Origin: Marsupella aquatica
Lineage: Eukaryota; Plantae; Marchantiophyta
Direction of reading: 5' to 3'
Assembly: GCA_973895155.1 (NCBI GenBank)
Contig: OZ316896.1
Coordinates: forward strand, 15,247,419 to 15,311,418
Length of the DNA: 64,000 nucleotides
Positions 33,909 to 46,270 of the stretch are shown here, one piece after another. Within the stretch, counting starts at the first letter, position 1. Each line of letters starts with the position of its first letter. Position numbers and translations under genes: made by a program. A model generated the notes under the pieces. It searched no databases. It was not told the origin of the DNA and was given only the letters and a program-made list of their open reading frames with translations.

Positions 33909-36900
33909 TTATGAGTAAAACTCATCAGAGGAAAGAGGCTGGATATCACCCTCATCTAGGTACTCAATCCTGAAAATAAATCATAAATGGTATTAGTTCT
34001 GTGAATAGCTATTAATTCAACAAAGCCTAATTTACTAAAGAAAGGCTCACACAAGGAGAGGTGAAAGGCTTAAAAACACTTCTCAATGAGTTCTATAAAG
34101 GATCAAAAACTTGCCTTCGAGAGCAAGTTGAGAATGGGGTCAAAGGGGTGAATGTATTCACTCCACTATGTTCACCAAAGTCTTGAATGAGATTAGAGAA
34201 TATGATGTTGTGGCAATTTTGATGCAAAGTATCTGAAGCACGTTTTCCATTGGAAGTTTCTTGATTCATTAGTGAACTAATGTTGTCTCCCTCCTGATGC
34301 TTGCCCTCCAATAAGGATATGCTGGAAGGATTTTCGCTTTCGTCACAAACACATGATGCCCCCGATATCACAATTATGTTTTTAATGTTCCCAAGTGCCA
34401 CCATTTCTGTAGTGTGAGGTAATTGAGGGGAGGGTGGTTGAGGCTTGTCACTAAAATCTTGAATTTCCTCTATTCTTGGCTGGCAATGAGTTGGAAATGG
34501 GGTCTTTGCAAAGGGGTCTGTTATTGATGTGTTATCAATCACAGCTGCATACACCTCCAAATTTCAATATCTGGTCAGAAAGACACAAAACAGCCACTCA
34601 ATGAAATTACATACCACAAAGCATTATAACTTAATATATGTGATTTAATGACGTAAAATAAATCAAAATACAGAATATGATGTGACATATCTATAAATGC
34701 CATTGCTTAATTTTTGCCATATTTTGATATGCCACCTGTGATTTTTGTGAATTTTTCCTTTCTAACACATCTCATTTGCTAGTATAGTTTGAGTTATTCC
34801 ATAATTTTGAGATGTTGGTCTCCCTCTATTGAATCCTCTCTTGAATTTTTGCACCGAGTCTTCAATTCCAAGGAAATAGTTAGATATTTATCAAGAGCGG
34901 CTAGATATGTATGAATATGTCAAGCTGAAATTTAATTCTGACCAAACTAAGAAAATTTTAATTGGTTAATTGTGCAAATATAGTTGCAAATTATCAGGTG
35001 AGATGTTCAAGAAAGGAGAGTGAATCTGTCAATATCAAACTAAGTCTTGTTCATTCACCTCTAGTGACACTGAGTTTTGACAAACACTGCTGAACATTTA
35101 ATTTGTCAAAATTAGGTGATGTTGTTTAAACTATTCTATGCAGAGTCATTAGTGTTTGACTAGGTCTTTTAGGCGCTTTAGAGTAACTTAGATGAAGAAA
35201 GAAAAACATTTATATGAGAGGCACTTAGATTTACTTACATGAGTTCGGAGGGGTGCGAATTGGTGGAAGTTTCTTGCAGAAACCTTCTGAACTGGGCCTT
35301 GGACTTCTTGTGACGGTAGGACTTTCTGTTCTATCGTAGTTTTCATTACTTAATTCCAAAACTGTGGGCCCTTCTTTGGCTTCATGTCCCAACTGCACAA
35401 AAGTTTTGAGCATTGTATGGTTATTGATTCTTATATGCAATGTGCAAGTAGCCCTCTCTAATGCATGTCTTCTTAAATTTCAGCATGATTTTAAATTTCA
35501 GTCCCATGCTTTCTACTCGGTTGTCACATACTTTCTTGACATGGATTATTTTAGGGACAATCAGCATCACGTGATTCTCATCCATATAGTCTAAACTGGA
35601 CATTTAAAATTATATTAAAAGTAAGATAAAACTATGAGTTTCTGGGAAAAGTGTTCAAATGAACTTTTGTTTTTGCATATACAGTGTCACAAAGTAACAT
35701 CAGCCTTCTTTTTTTGCCTTGAAAACATCAGCTTGCTAGATCATGCAAAAACAACATCTAAATAGAATGAAATGATAATGAGCAATGTATCAACTTTCAA
35801 CGTTGGCAAAATTCTAAAATTGACAACCTACTTAATCAATTGACATTGGTCTCAGTCTGACCCCTCACCTCTATTGAGGTATCTTTGTTCTCTTCTTTGG
35901 TGCATTCTAATGGATATGAGAATCCACCCACTTGATCCTGCAGAGAATGTAAAACTCCGCCATAGTTCATAATCTTTTCAGCTGTCACCTTTATGGCAAG
36001 TTTGAGTGAGCTTGCTTCTTGGATTCCTAAGATCTCGTCTAAACCAGCTAAGGTACCAACCAGTCCATTTGTACTCCGAAACAATGGTGATTCTTGCACC
36101 ACATGTTGTACTTGTGGAATTTGTTGAGGCAGGCTTTCATGATCTTCTTCCTTTTGCGCATCCTCCTCGGTAGGGTCCTTGGTCTGTGATGGATTCAAGC
36201 CAAGAGTAATACATCAAAATTGGACCAGATCCGTGTACCCCTGGAATAGTAGCTGCATGTCGTTTGGGCATTACTGTGCTTGACAACAAGCAATCTTATG
36301 TAGGCCTAAGAGCAATGAAAGGCAGTCCATTCAAAATGATAGAATTAAAATATGACATTGGTTTATGAAATTGAACTTCAATGAACACCATGCCCCAAAT
36401 CCTATGCTGTTAGAATTCTAGGTTTAGCACGATGCTATGTAGCATGGAATGGTCTAAAAACACTGAATATCAAAACAAAATATCAACATTGGTATGGATG
36501 AAATGTCAAGAATCACATGGCCTCTTAGCTCCTTCTCAAGAGTAGTTTTGTTCTCAGAAGCTCCAAAATTTGTTAAATCTTGACATTACTCTATGGCAAC
36601 AAGCAAGGCATCATGAAAGTTGAAAGTTGAATTGTGTTTCTAGCCTCAATGTCAGAGGACAAGGACATTCCCATGTCATGTGTGATTTCCTGATAGGGTT
36701 TAAGTTTTTTTGTCATTTAACTTTCCTTTGAATCATGGCAAATTATTTCAAATTGTCTTTGTAAGTCATGATCTATTCTCTTTTTTCCCCTATCATCCAT
36801 AGTAGTGATTTTTGTACAATTGATAAGGTGTTTAATTATGGTGTCATTTATAGAGGAGAGGGTCCAATTTCCTTGGAAGTGATGGTTTTATAGGCTGAAC

Positions 36901-37559
36901 CCAACTGCACTGTGCATGCTTGCCACCATTAAGCTTCCCATATTTCACCTCAGTACTATCCAAAGCATTGTTTCAAAAGCCTTTAAATTAGACTCATTGT
37001 AAGAGTTCACGCTCAAATAGTGGCAAGAGATACATAATAAACCTGAAGTCTGATTACCGTTAGCAGAGTAATGTGGCATGGCAAACATGTGACATTGTTG
37101 TGTTCAACCTTAGAATATATGAAGTTGTGGACAGATTATACAAGTTCATGCTTTTCTTATTTTGAAAATGTGCACACAAGTATAACAATGTTAGGTTTCC
37201 ACTGGCTCATGAATTGTGCATCCAACAATGTCAAATGTCATAGGGAAACTTTATGAAAATGAAGCTGGAAAGGTATGAGTTTTGTTAGTGTGTCAACTTA
37301 CTTGAGGAGATTCAACAAGAGGGCCTTGCAATCCATCACTCAAAGCAAGATTCGAATGCAGCAAAGGATTGTCAAGGTCAGTGTTGTTGACGCCACAAGA
37401 TGGTCCATTACATTGTGTGCCGACAAGACAGACAAGGCCGTGATTACTTAGAGCTGCTTCATGGGCTTTTAAATGTGATTCGGGGGATCCAACATGTACA
37501 ACCACTGTCTGAATTCTTGAGGGTTTTGAGACGTCCTCTTTTGAAACTCCACACCCCAT
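33909..37559 (-). CDS. Orphan acidic/disordered protein with N-terminal MGCGVSK acylation motif (~405 aa, 5 exons)
   Basis: Exons 37559-37302, 36183-35869, 35392-35239, 34544-34115 (AG|GCAAGT GC donor) and 33969-33909 join in one open frame (1218 nt) ending RIEYLDEGDIQPLSSDEFYS*. Confidence 0.7.
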
Positions 37560-39000
37560 AACATAAGCCCACCTTCAACAATTTTATCTTCAAAGTGTCG
37601 TAATGGTTTGGAGAATTCTCCAGCTAACATTCTTCTCTTGGAAACAAATACTGAGAGAAAATCCAAAAGAACTCCCGGGTCCACAAATTGCTCAATATCT
37701 TTACTTCTGCCATGAAACCAATTCAATGCTTTAAGCTACCAAATTATTTCCTACGAGTCAAACCCCAAGTACACTGAAAAGATTCTCCTTCTTCTTTTGT
37801 GAATTATGATTTTATGCTCTTTTATCCTGGCTGTTTCCAAACTGAGGCCAAGTGTCACCACACATACTCAAGCCAGCAAGGAGCACATTTAGAGTTAATG
37901 TACTGGAATCGCAACTGACAAGGAGTGACTGAGAGTTCACTTAGCATAAATACCCTTGACACAATTCCTGGTTTTGTTGTGAGAAGAATGATGAGTACGA
38001 CCTGTACTACAGTTAAACAGTACTTGTTGTCTACTGTCTCCAGACGAAAATGGGAAAGGGTTAATTTCATACAAGTGACTTGCTTTTTGTGTGAGTTTGA
38101 AAAAACTAGAAAAGTATCACAATAATGAGAGGGAGATATTAATTAGTCCCTAAGCAATTGTTTCTCCAAAATCATTGGGTTTTCCTTACCAGGTCTTCTG
38201 TCTTGAAAATTTGCCTCTCTACAGTCTTCCCCCAAACAGGTGCATTGTGCTTGAAAATGAAATCTTTGGGTCCTGTGACAGAAAACAGATTCAAACTCGA
38301 ACACGATGTCTTTTTCAACACAACACCAAGGAGCTGTGTTCAAATGTTGGTGTTGTGTTCGAGTTGGATACTATGTTTGAGTTTGACCCTAAATGGTTCT
38401 ACATTGAGCACAATTCAGGAATCACATGATAATGCCAATATTCAAACACATGGCCAATATTCAAATACAACATGCATCTTTAACCACAAAGCCTTGCAAA
38501 ATATAAAAAATGAAAACACAATCAAAACTTGAATACAACCCCAGTGGCACACTATTCAAATAGAACACCCCATGGCCCACTATTTGAGTACAAGGCCATG
38601 AAGGAAAGACTGTAGTTATTTCTTTATTTCCTTCTGAGCCTCATTATATGCAATAGAGCTCATCAATTTCAATATCCGGGTCTCTTAAACTGAATTCTAA
38701 TTCAAGGTCCAGTTTTAAATTGTTCTCTTCCGAATCCTCTACTAATGTTCTCATCGTCCCAGACCTAAGAAATGATTTTTAGAATTACCTTGGGAAGTAG
38801 CCCTGAGTTGAAAGATGATGTCTTGTGGTTCGTCCCCCATCCCCTTGTGAAACTATAAACGTCACATCTGTCACCTGACCTCACTTGCCCAACTTTAATC
38901 AAGACTTATTTGTTTGTTGTTTTTGTTTTGAATGCAACTCTTTACCGAAAAATAAAAAGCAATAAAAGAAACAGTAAGGCCTCAAACCGCTCGTGTCACT

Positions 39001-39205
39001 TGTTAGGCCCGGATCTACCAGATCCATTTATAGGGGATTTGTCCTGAAATGGTGGATGAGGCTGGTGGATGAGGCTGGTGGATGAGGCTGGGATCCTAGA
39101 GGACGGACTGGACTGTGGAGAAGGGAGAAGTTTTGGAAGCTTTCCCCTTGTATAGTGCCAGAATTAGGAAAACAGACAGATACAAGCTGCTGCAAACTGT
39201 GATAA
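39001..39205. mobile_element. Possible short insertion (LTR/TRIM-like) with internal 13-bp x3 repeat
   Basis: Starts TGTTAGG and is flanked by GTCACT direct repeats (38995-39000, 39206-39211); GGTGGATGAGGCT x3. The 3' end lacks CA. Confidence 0.3.
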
Positions 39206-41039
39206 GTCACTCATGGAGGATTCCGACTGTTACATTGTTAAAACTTCATTCACTCGTCCAATGAAACCACACTCGTACAGCTTTCTGTAGGACCATAGAT
39301 TGACTCCTCATCACAGAATGGAAAAAGTAAGATCATGATTTCATTTTTGCTTTGGTCCACTTACTCGGAATTGTATGTGAATTCCTGGCATCGAGGTGCA
39401 AGTTTTCCTGTGATTGCTAGCAGTTGGAAGGGTTGATTGTGTTTAGTGCAAAAATACAATGCGAGCACAGTTATGCAAGGCCATACACTATTGCCATCAC
39501 TTCGCTCGTATTTGCTGAAGTTGTGTAGCTACAGTACTTCTTCCAAGCTTAAGGAGACGTGGTATCATTTTCAAGCCTCAAGAACCTTAAAAACCTTCAC
39601 AGCTGACGGTGAGGAAACTCATCCACCCAAGCCTCATGAAAAGACACTGCGAGCTTTCCAGGTGACGTATGAAATAATAAACTCGATGAAGCACATTGAC
39701 ATGAACGATCCCTCCACTGCAAAAGTCAAACCTAGATGGAAATTGACGTCTAAAATGGCTTCTGGAACCCCGTTACTTGAACAAGTGACCGGTACGTTTG
39801 ATTGATACTAAAGCTGCTAAGTTGCAAGTCAGGGAGCGACTGTTCGCTACAGCAGCGACGAACCAACCTGATACTGAACCCACATTCGACTTACTAGTTC
39901 GAATCTGGCTTTTATGCGAGTCCCTACCACATATTGAAGAAAGGGTTCAGAATGGTGTCCATGTTGCGTTAGGGACTGTCAGCCCGGCCTACTCAAACGC
40001 TGGCATGAGTGAAACACTTGGTAAAATGATAGGCGGATGACTCTCCACCTTCCACTTTTCCTCTCGTCTTCTGCTCCTCGTCTGCACCAAAGTAGCACAG
40101 GATACTTGTGGAAGGAATAGGCACATGTAAGTAATGAAACCTCGAAACGGACAGCGGTCACGGGAGAGGGGAAGAACAATTGCTTCAGTTAAAAGGAGAC
40201 ACAAAACGCATCAAATATTAGTGAGCAACACGGGAGACGTTGTATGGAAACTATTCCAGCTGTTGCGAGTCAAAATGAGACGGAGTTGACCCACAACATA
40301 CTGGAAGAGCCAAAAATTAGGAAGAATTTGAATTACAAACAAAATGCAAAAATTCATCTACTTCATGCACTCCAGGTACTTGTGCAAAAGCGACTGCATA
40401 CAAGATTCACAAGAAAGCGTCATATCCTTATCAGCTACGGCATTGAAAAACAACCTCCACGTACTGTCAAGGAGGTGACATATAGTCCATGACAATGATC
40501 AGAAACATGTCAAATCAATGGTTCGAGCTTCCCAATCTCTGTCAAAGGTTCAAAGGGAGTAGCTGAATAACACCGAGGTTTAACTTTGCCCAGACTACCA
40601 GCCCCAAATAATTTTAGGTACGCTCAAGAGAAGAAGTTGAGAAGTTCAATTCATACAAATTCTATATTTTGATAAAATCCCCTAAAGCAAAATAACCAAT
40701 TGGTTAAGAGAAGTATACTGTGTCACGGGAGAAGAGATAAATAGGCTAGAGAAGGACGAGATGAAGAACGAGATGAAGGACCACCATCTGATGCCCCATT
40801 ATAATCAATCCCGCTTCTCTCTTGATTGAAAACCATATGTCCACACTTCACAAGTAGCCACTCGGGATAGTGCTCAAATTTTGCATTGTCTAAACATGAT
40901 GCATTGGGCTCATTTCAAGATTTGCTCCTGTGGGGAAAGAAATAACACATGCACAAGAAGCAAGGAGAAAGCTGAATTTTAATTACATAATTGAAACTAG
41001 TACTGGTATTGATGCTATCAAAATGAATCAATACATATG

Positions 41040-42779
41040 CTATAACATTTGCTGCACGAATCCCAGGTTAAGGGTATCTCGCACCATCAAAACAATTCCC
41101 AAAGCAAGTAAGAGCAAGACACCTGACGACATGATGCCCTGCTCCACTCCATCAGGGAGCTTCTTGCCACCTCTCAGAGCTTCCAGGAGGACGAAGGCCA
41201 AGTATCCACCGTCCAGAGCAGGCAATGGAAGAATATTAACTATAGCTAAATTGATGTTCACAATTGCAGCAAACTGGTACAGCCCGGAAATATCCGACCT
41301 TGCAACTTCCGCTCCCACAGCCACAATTGCCACAGGCCCAGACACGCTGTCCACAGTTTTCTCGAAATTGAAGAGAATTTGCTTTAATCCCTCAAATACC
41401 GTCGTAGTAAGCCTGCTGAATTCACGGCCTGATTTAACTAGGGCATCCAAAAGGTTCTCTGCCTTCACCCTATGCGGCCGTGCGTTAGGAGAGAGTTGTA
41501 CTCCAATTCTCCCTGATCCATCCCGGTTCTCATCTGGTGTGACCTTCACTCCAACCACGTCCTCACCCCGCTGAACAAACAGAGTGATTGGCCTGCCTGA
41601 GCTCCTTTTGATGGTGTCCACCAGCTCAAACACTGCTGAATCCTGTGCAGAGAGCTGGTACCCATCCACTGCCAGAACCACATCCCCCGCCTGCATTCCA
41701 GCCTTGGCAGCTGCTGATTTGCTAATGACCTCCGGAACCAAAACACCAGGGAACATCTCCCTCTCCAGAAGGCCAACTCCCAATGTTTGTACAAACAGGA
41801 CCGAGTAAGCAAAGATCACATTGGCAATGACCCCAGCTGATATCACCAGCGCTCTGTCCAACAAGGGCCTGTTCTTCAGAAGATTAGGGTCATCTGGTGA
41901 GAATTCACTGTTGGGGTCGTCATCTGGAAAGGCCACAAATCCTCCAAACGGGAAAGCTCTCAACGAGTACTCAACCCCCTGCTGTTGATATTTCGCTAGA
42001 GTCGGTCCAAAGCCAATTGCAAATTTAGTGACGTGAATATTTTGGAGGCGAGCTGCAAAAAAGTGCCCTGCCTCGTGGACTGTTATGATGGCGGCTAACA
42101 CTGCCAGTGCCTCCAGCACTGATTGGGGCCCAGACAGATTTAGGCCAACGAAGCCAGGCACAGCTGCCAACATTCTCCGGTTCCAATCCTCCCCGAAAAC
42201 TGTTGTTCTCATGGCCTGGATGTCTGCTTCTCGGCCCTTTAGCAATGACTCTTCCAACCATTCCCTATCCTTAGAGATTACACTTTTGATTCCTTCAACA
42301 AGCCGGGCATGATGCTCCATACTATTGATCAGCAGTGCACCACCATCCATTCTAAATTCTGACTCCCAACTTCGCTTCGAAAGAAAAGGAGCCTCGTGAG
42401 CCTCAAAATTGCCGTTCCTCCTGTCGGTGAGGAATGAAGCAATCCACCTCTTACCGCTCTCTTGGGACTTCTCAAATCTTCCCCTTCGGCTCGAGCAGGC
42501 TTTGCGTCTATTTAGAAAGCTGCTTAAAGACAAATTCATCCCACCTGCTTGGCCACTTCTCCTCTGCGCAGTCCCCTCCGAATCCTGGAAGAAATTTGTG
42601 GAAGATGAATACCTGCGAATTTTGGACCACTTTGAAGAAGAAGAAGAAGAACAAGAAGCAGATGACGAAGGGGAAGAAGAGGAGCCGACAGGGATCAGGA
42701 ATCTTCCAGCACAAGAGTGCGCCCTAAGGACGTCCGCCTGAACCAGCATCATCGGTCCATGGCCTGCCGCCATCGCCAT
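41040..42779 (-). CDS. ARASP: Plastid membrane zinc metalloprotease, M50 family RseP/ARASP-like (~579 aa, intronless)
   Basis: HEAGH, FAIGFGP, YSLRAFPFGGFVAF, AGVIAN, PDZ domain, SGPVAIV and NILPLPALDGG; Ser-rich transit-like N-terminus; first in-frame ATG at 42779. Confidence 0.96.
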   Translation of the reverse strand: MAMAAGHGPMMLVQADVLRAHSCAGRFLIPVGSSSSPSSSASCSSSSSSKWSKIRRYSSSTNFFQDSEGTAQRRSGQAGGMNLSLSSFLNRRKACSSRRGRFEKSQESGKRWIASFLTDRRNGNFEAHEAPFLSKRSWESEFRMDGGALLINSMEHHARLVEGIKSVISKDREWLEESLLKGREADIQAMRTTVFGEDWNRRMLAAVPGFVGLNLSGPQSVLEALAVLAAIITVHEAGHFFAARLQNIHVTKFAIGFGPTLAKYQQQGVEYSLRAFPFGGFVAFPDDDPNSEFSPDDPNLLKNRPLLDRALVISAGVIANVIFAYSVLFVQTLGVGLLEREMFPGVLVPEVISKSAAAKAGMQAGDVVLAVDGYQLSAQDSAVFELVDTIKRSSGRPITLFVQRGEDVVGVKVTPDENRDGSGRIGVQLSPNARPHRVKAENLLDALVKSGREFSRLTTTVFEGLKQILFNFEKTVDSVSGPVAIVAVGAEVARSDISGLYQFAAIVNINLAIVNILPLPALDGGYLAFVLLEALRGGKKLPDGVEQGIMSSGVLLLLALGIVLMVRDTLNLGFVQQML

Positions 42780-44019
42780 GTCCGATAACTCCACCCCGCC
42801 AAACTTTCTCCAAATATATCCAGCAGAAATCAACCAATCCAAACCAGCCGAGACAAAATCCCTCCAAACGACACTGCAAACGTTCGCGGACCGAAGAAGG
42901 CAACCCTGCGAAGATACCCGCCTCCGTCGTCTGGCAATCAAACGTATCCAAACAGGCACACACAAAGTTGACAAATGTCTCAAATCTGCACCGGAATAGA
43001 GCCGCAGAACAGAACGCTGCTGGCTACGAGGTTCCTGCCCAACCTTCCTCCAAAACCCGACAGCTGCTCGAACGGATCGATTAAAGTCCTTCTAGCTGAA
43101 ACAATTGTATGCCTGTGTCTTCAAACTGTGCTCGAGATGCGCAACGGTGAAAATCTTTGGAATTATTCTCTCATTCTCATTGTACCGATTGAAACACGAT
43201 AGAATAATGGAACAGTTTAGCTAGAGGAAGCAGTTGTGGGATTCATCGCACTGCTCACGAGTGATGACGATTCTGGGGGCTATCTCCCGCCTCCAGCGAA
43301 CATAACCCCCGAACTTGCTGCCATTGCTCACTCACTCACTCACTCACTCCCTCTCCCCACTAAATCCACTCTGAAATTGACTCCAATGACAGACGAAGAA
43401 GAAGAACGAGAAGCTGAAGATCGAGGAGGAGAGCAGCCCACAATCTTTCAATTATTTCCCACAAAGGCTGCTCCTTCTTCGTGTCTTCTTCTTCGTCTGT
43501 CCTTCGAGAGTGGAATTCGACACTCTTGAGTCTTCCCTTCCAATGTGGCAAAGAAGAGACCAGACACAACGCAATCATAGATTGCTGTAGACGTCGTCGA
43601 CCATACTGTATGGGAGCCACAACTTCTGTAACCATGGTCAGTGATGTCCACAGCGCTACTAACTATGGTTGGTTGAAAGCCGTAGCCCTGTCCTAACCAC
43701 GTCGCTGCTGCTGGCCACAAACTTGAGTCAACATGGGAACTCCTAGCCACACAAGTGCAGCGACCACAGTAGACTGCAATAGCAACTGTGGCGTTGTACC
43801 ATGCAAAATTTATAGAAAACTAGTAAATTATTTAGTTTGTGTGTATCAAGAAATTTGATCGTTTCAAGGGAATCTTGGGAATAGGAACCCTCATAACATG
43901 GAACACATCGATTGAAACTTGGATGGACTTTTGTATATAATAAAGTCCTTACAGGACATTGTGTGATATCTTGCCCCCAAAAAACCAGAGCTTTTGCTCG
44001 AGTTTCCAGGGGCTATCAT

Positions 44020-46270
44020 TGCCCATATAGCATGTTCATCTTGGAACATGTTTTTTTTGTCTTGTAGTGATATAATTTTATGATAAAAGAAATAGGTAAC
44101 TAGGTACATATAAAGTATATGTCAATAAATTAATATCTCTTAATTAAGAGTGAGTGCTATAACACACAAAACCATAAATACATATGCAAAAAAAAACATA
44201 TTATGACCAAGAAAGTACAAAGTTACTAAAGAGTTGTGCACATACAGTACAGATTTTCACTTCCTTCTAAGTAATGACAGCCAACTCACTTAAAACCATA
44301 AATTTTGTAAAGGAGATCACTAGAGGAACTTAGTACACTAGATGTGCACATTGTTCAAACTCATTTATCTCATTTTCATTAGAGAAAAGATAATTCACTA
44401 AGGAGTGAATGAAAGATTAAACATTTAAGAGGGGAGCCAAATACTTTCAAAATACTATAAGTTCACTAAAATTAGAAGGGGTACAAAAGTTAATTCAAAA
44501 TCAAATTAATACAAATGATTCACTTTCTTAAGGCACATTAAAATCAAAATACTTGACACAAAATCTGAATAAGACAAAATGTGAAAGTTGGATTCACCAT
44601 ATAGCAGCTTCAAAATTTGCCCATAATGCTTTGGTAACACGACCTACTCTTCAAGGCCTAAGAGATTTTTATTTTACTAATTCAGTGAAAGCAAAGGAGA
44701 ATCTTCATACTGAGATGATCCAAATCTAAAATTCATGAATGGCAATAATAATCAGGATAAAATACTAACAGACACTTAGCTACAAAACTGTAAACATGTG
44801 TCTTACTGTCACCTTTATCTAAAAATATGTAAGGTGTGATTTTCATCAAGTTAATGTTCCCTCATTTTCCCGGGGCCGTACTGGGACTGGGAGTGGCACC
44901 CCAGGAAAGTGGAGGAGCATTAACCTGACATAGATTTAAATTGAGGTGAGTCTAAGCCAGATGGGCTATCATCCTGTCCTTGACAACTCCCATGGAGTGA
45001 CAGTTATTTACACACTTACAACCAATGGCTCTTGAGAACAGGCTAATAAGTGTTGGATGGAAATTGCTCCCAGTAGCTTGAGATTGCCACACAAGCAGCC
45101 AAGGCTTCAGAGCAACAAGCACCATCAAAGCCAACGAATCTATTAATTACTCATGAATTTGGTGGGTGGGGGTGGGGGAGGGGGGGGGGGGCAGGGGATA
45201 AGATTCCTATGGTGGGAAGGGGATAAAATTGTTTGTGGTAAGTTTGAGTCAAATTTCTCATCCAACACCTTCTCGTGCATATACTCCTTTGGCTTACATA
45301 TACTGAGCCAGATTGGTGGCAAAAGCTCAAAACTACCATATAACATGTTCATCCTGGAACATGTCTTTTTTCTCTCTTGTAGTGATATGTTATTCATCTA
45401 ATTTATTTATGATAAAAGAAGAGAGTAGATGTTAAATACATGCCAAGAAATTAAGAGTGAGTGAGATATAATACACATGCAAAGAAAAAGCACACAATGA
45501 CCAGGAAGTAAAAAGGTATTGAAGAGTTGTGCACGGAAGATGCAAATTTTCACTTGCTTCTAGGTAATGACAGTCAACTCAATTAAAACCATAAATTTTG
45601 TAAACTAAGATAACCACTATGGGAACTAAGTACACCAGATGTGCCACTGTTCGAAAATCTACACTGTTCACCGTAATTAGTGTGAGTAACACTAATTCGA
45701 GAGCGCCCATTTTCAGGGTCTACTCGCGAATTAGTGTTAGTCACACTAATTTTGTGCTAACACTATTTTCGCGCACATGAATTAGTGTTACTATGGTCTT
45801 AAAAGTGGCAAAATACAAAGAAAAAAACTATTTTAAAAAATCCACAACAATTAGTGCTACTTTGGACTAGAGATCATCCGTTTTTTACAAGCAATTTAAA
45901 CTAAACTGAAAAATTTTCATTTTGAAAACCGACAAAAATTAGTGTTACTTGGACTCAAAATCATTTTTACCAAAATTAGTGTTAGTAACACTAATTTTGC
46001 ACTAACACTAATTCTTGCATAACACTAATTACGGTGAACAGTGTAATTCACTAAGGAGTGATTGAAAAGAAAAACTAAAAGTTTATGAGGGGAGCCAAAA
46101 TAAATTCAAAATACTCTAAGTTAACTAAAAATTGAAAGGGGTCCAAAAGTTAATTCAAAATCTAATTAATACAAATGATTCACCTTGTTAAGGCACATTA
46201 AAATCAAACTACCAGACACAAAATCAGAATAAGACAAAAACATGAAAGTTGGACTCACCATATAGTAGTG
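44020..46270. repeat. Local ~590-bp duplication (44020-44605 vs 45338-46266)
   Basis: Colinear matches, e.g. CATGTTCATC(T/C)TGGAACATG, TAATGACAG(C/T)CAACTCA, AAGGCACATTAAAATCAAA, GAAAGTTGGA(T/C)TCACCATATAG. The second copy carries a MITE. Confidence 0.9.
45662..46043. mobile_element. Tc1/mariner-type MITE, 382 bp
   Basis: Perfect TIR CACTGTTCACCGTAATTAGTG / CACTAATTACGGTGAACAGTG with TA TSD on both sides; many internal AATTAGTGTTA motifs in both orientations; absent from the paralogous copy. Confidence 0.95.

Noticed and set aside
36214-36216. Selenocysteine or readthrough TGA in the orphan gene
   Set aside because: Land plants lack Sec machinery, and an in-frame CAG acceptor at 36184 bypasses the stop.
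40930-42741. Plus-strand ORFs of up to 214 aa
   Set aside because: Antisense shadows of the RseP CDS.
42780-42983. 647-aa RseP starting at TTG 42983
   Set aside because: Non-ATG start; the ATG at 42779 is in good context and precedes the transit-like sequence.
45161-45197. Functional G-quadruplex (also the G-run at ~58534-58562)
   Set aside because: Essentially homopolymer runs with no supporting context, and prone to slippage or assembly error.
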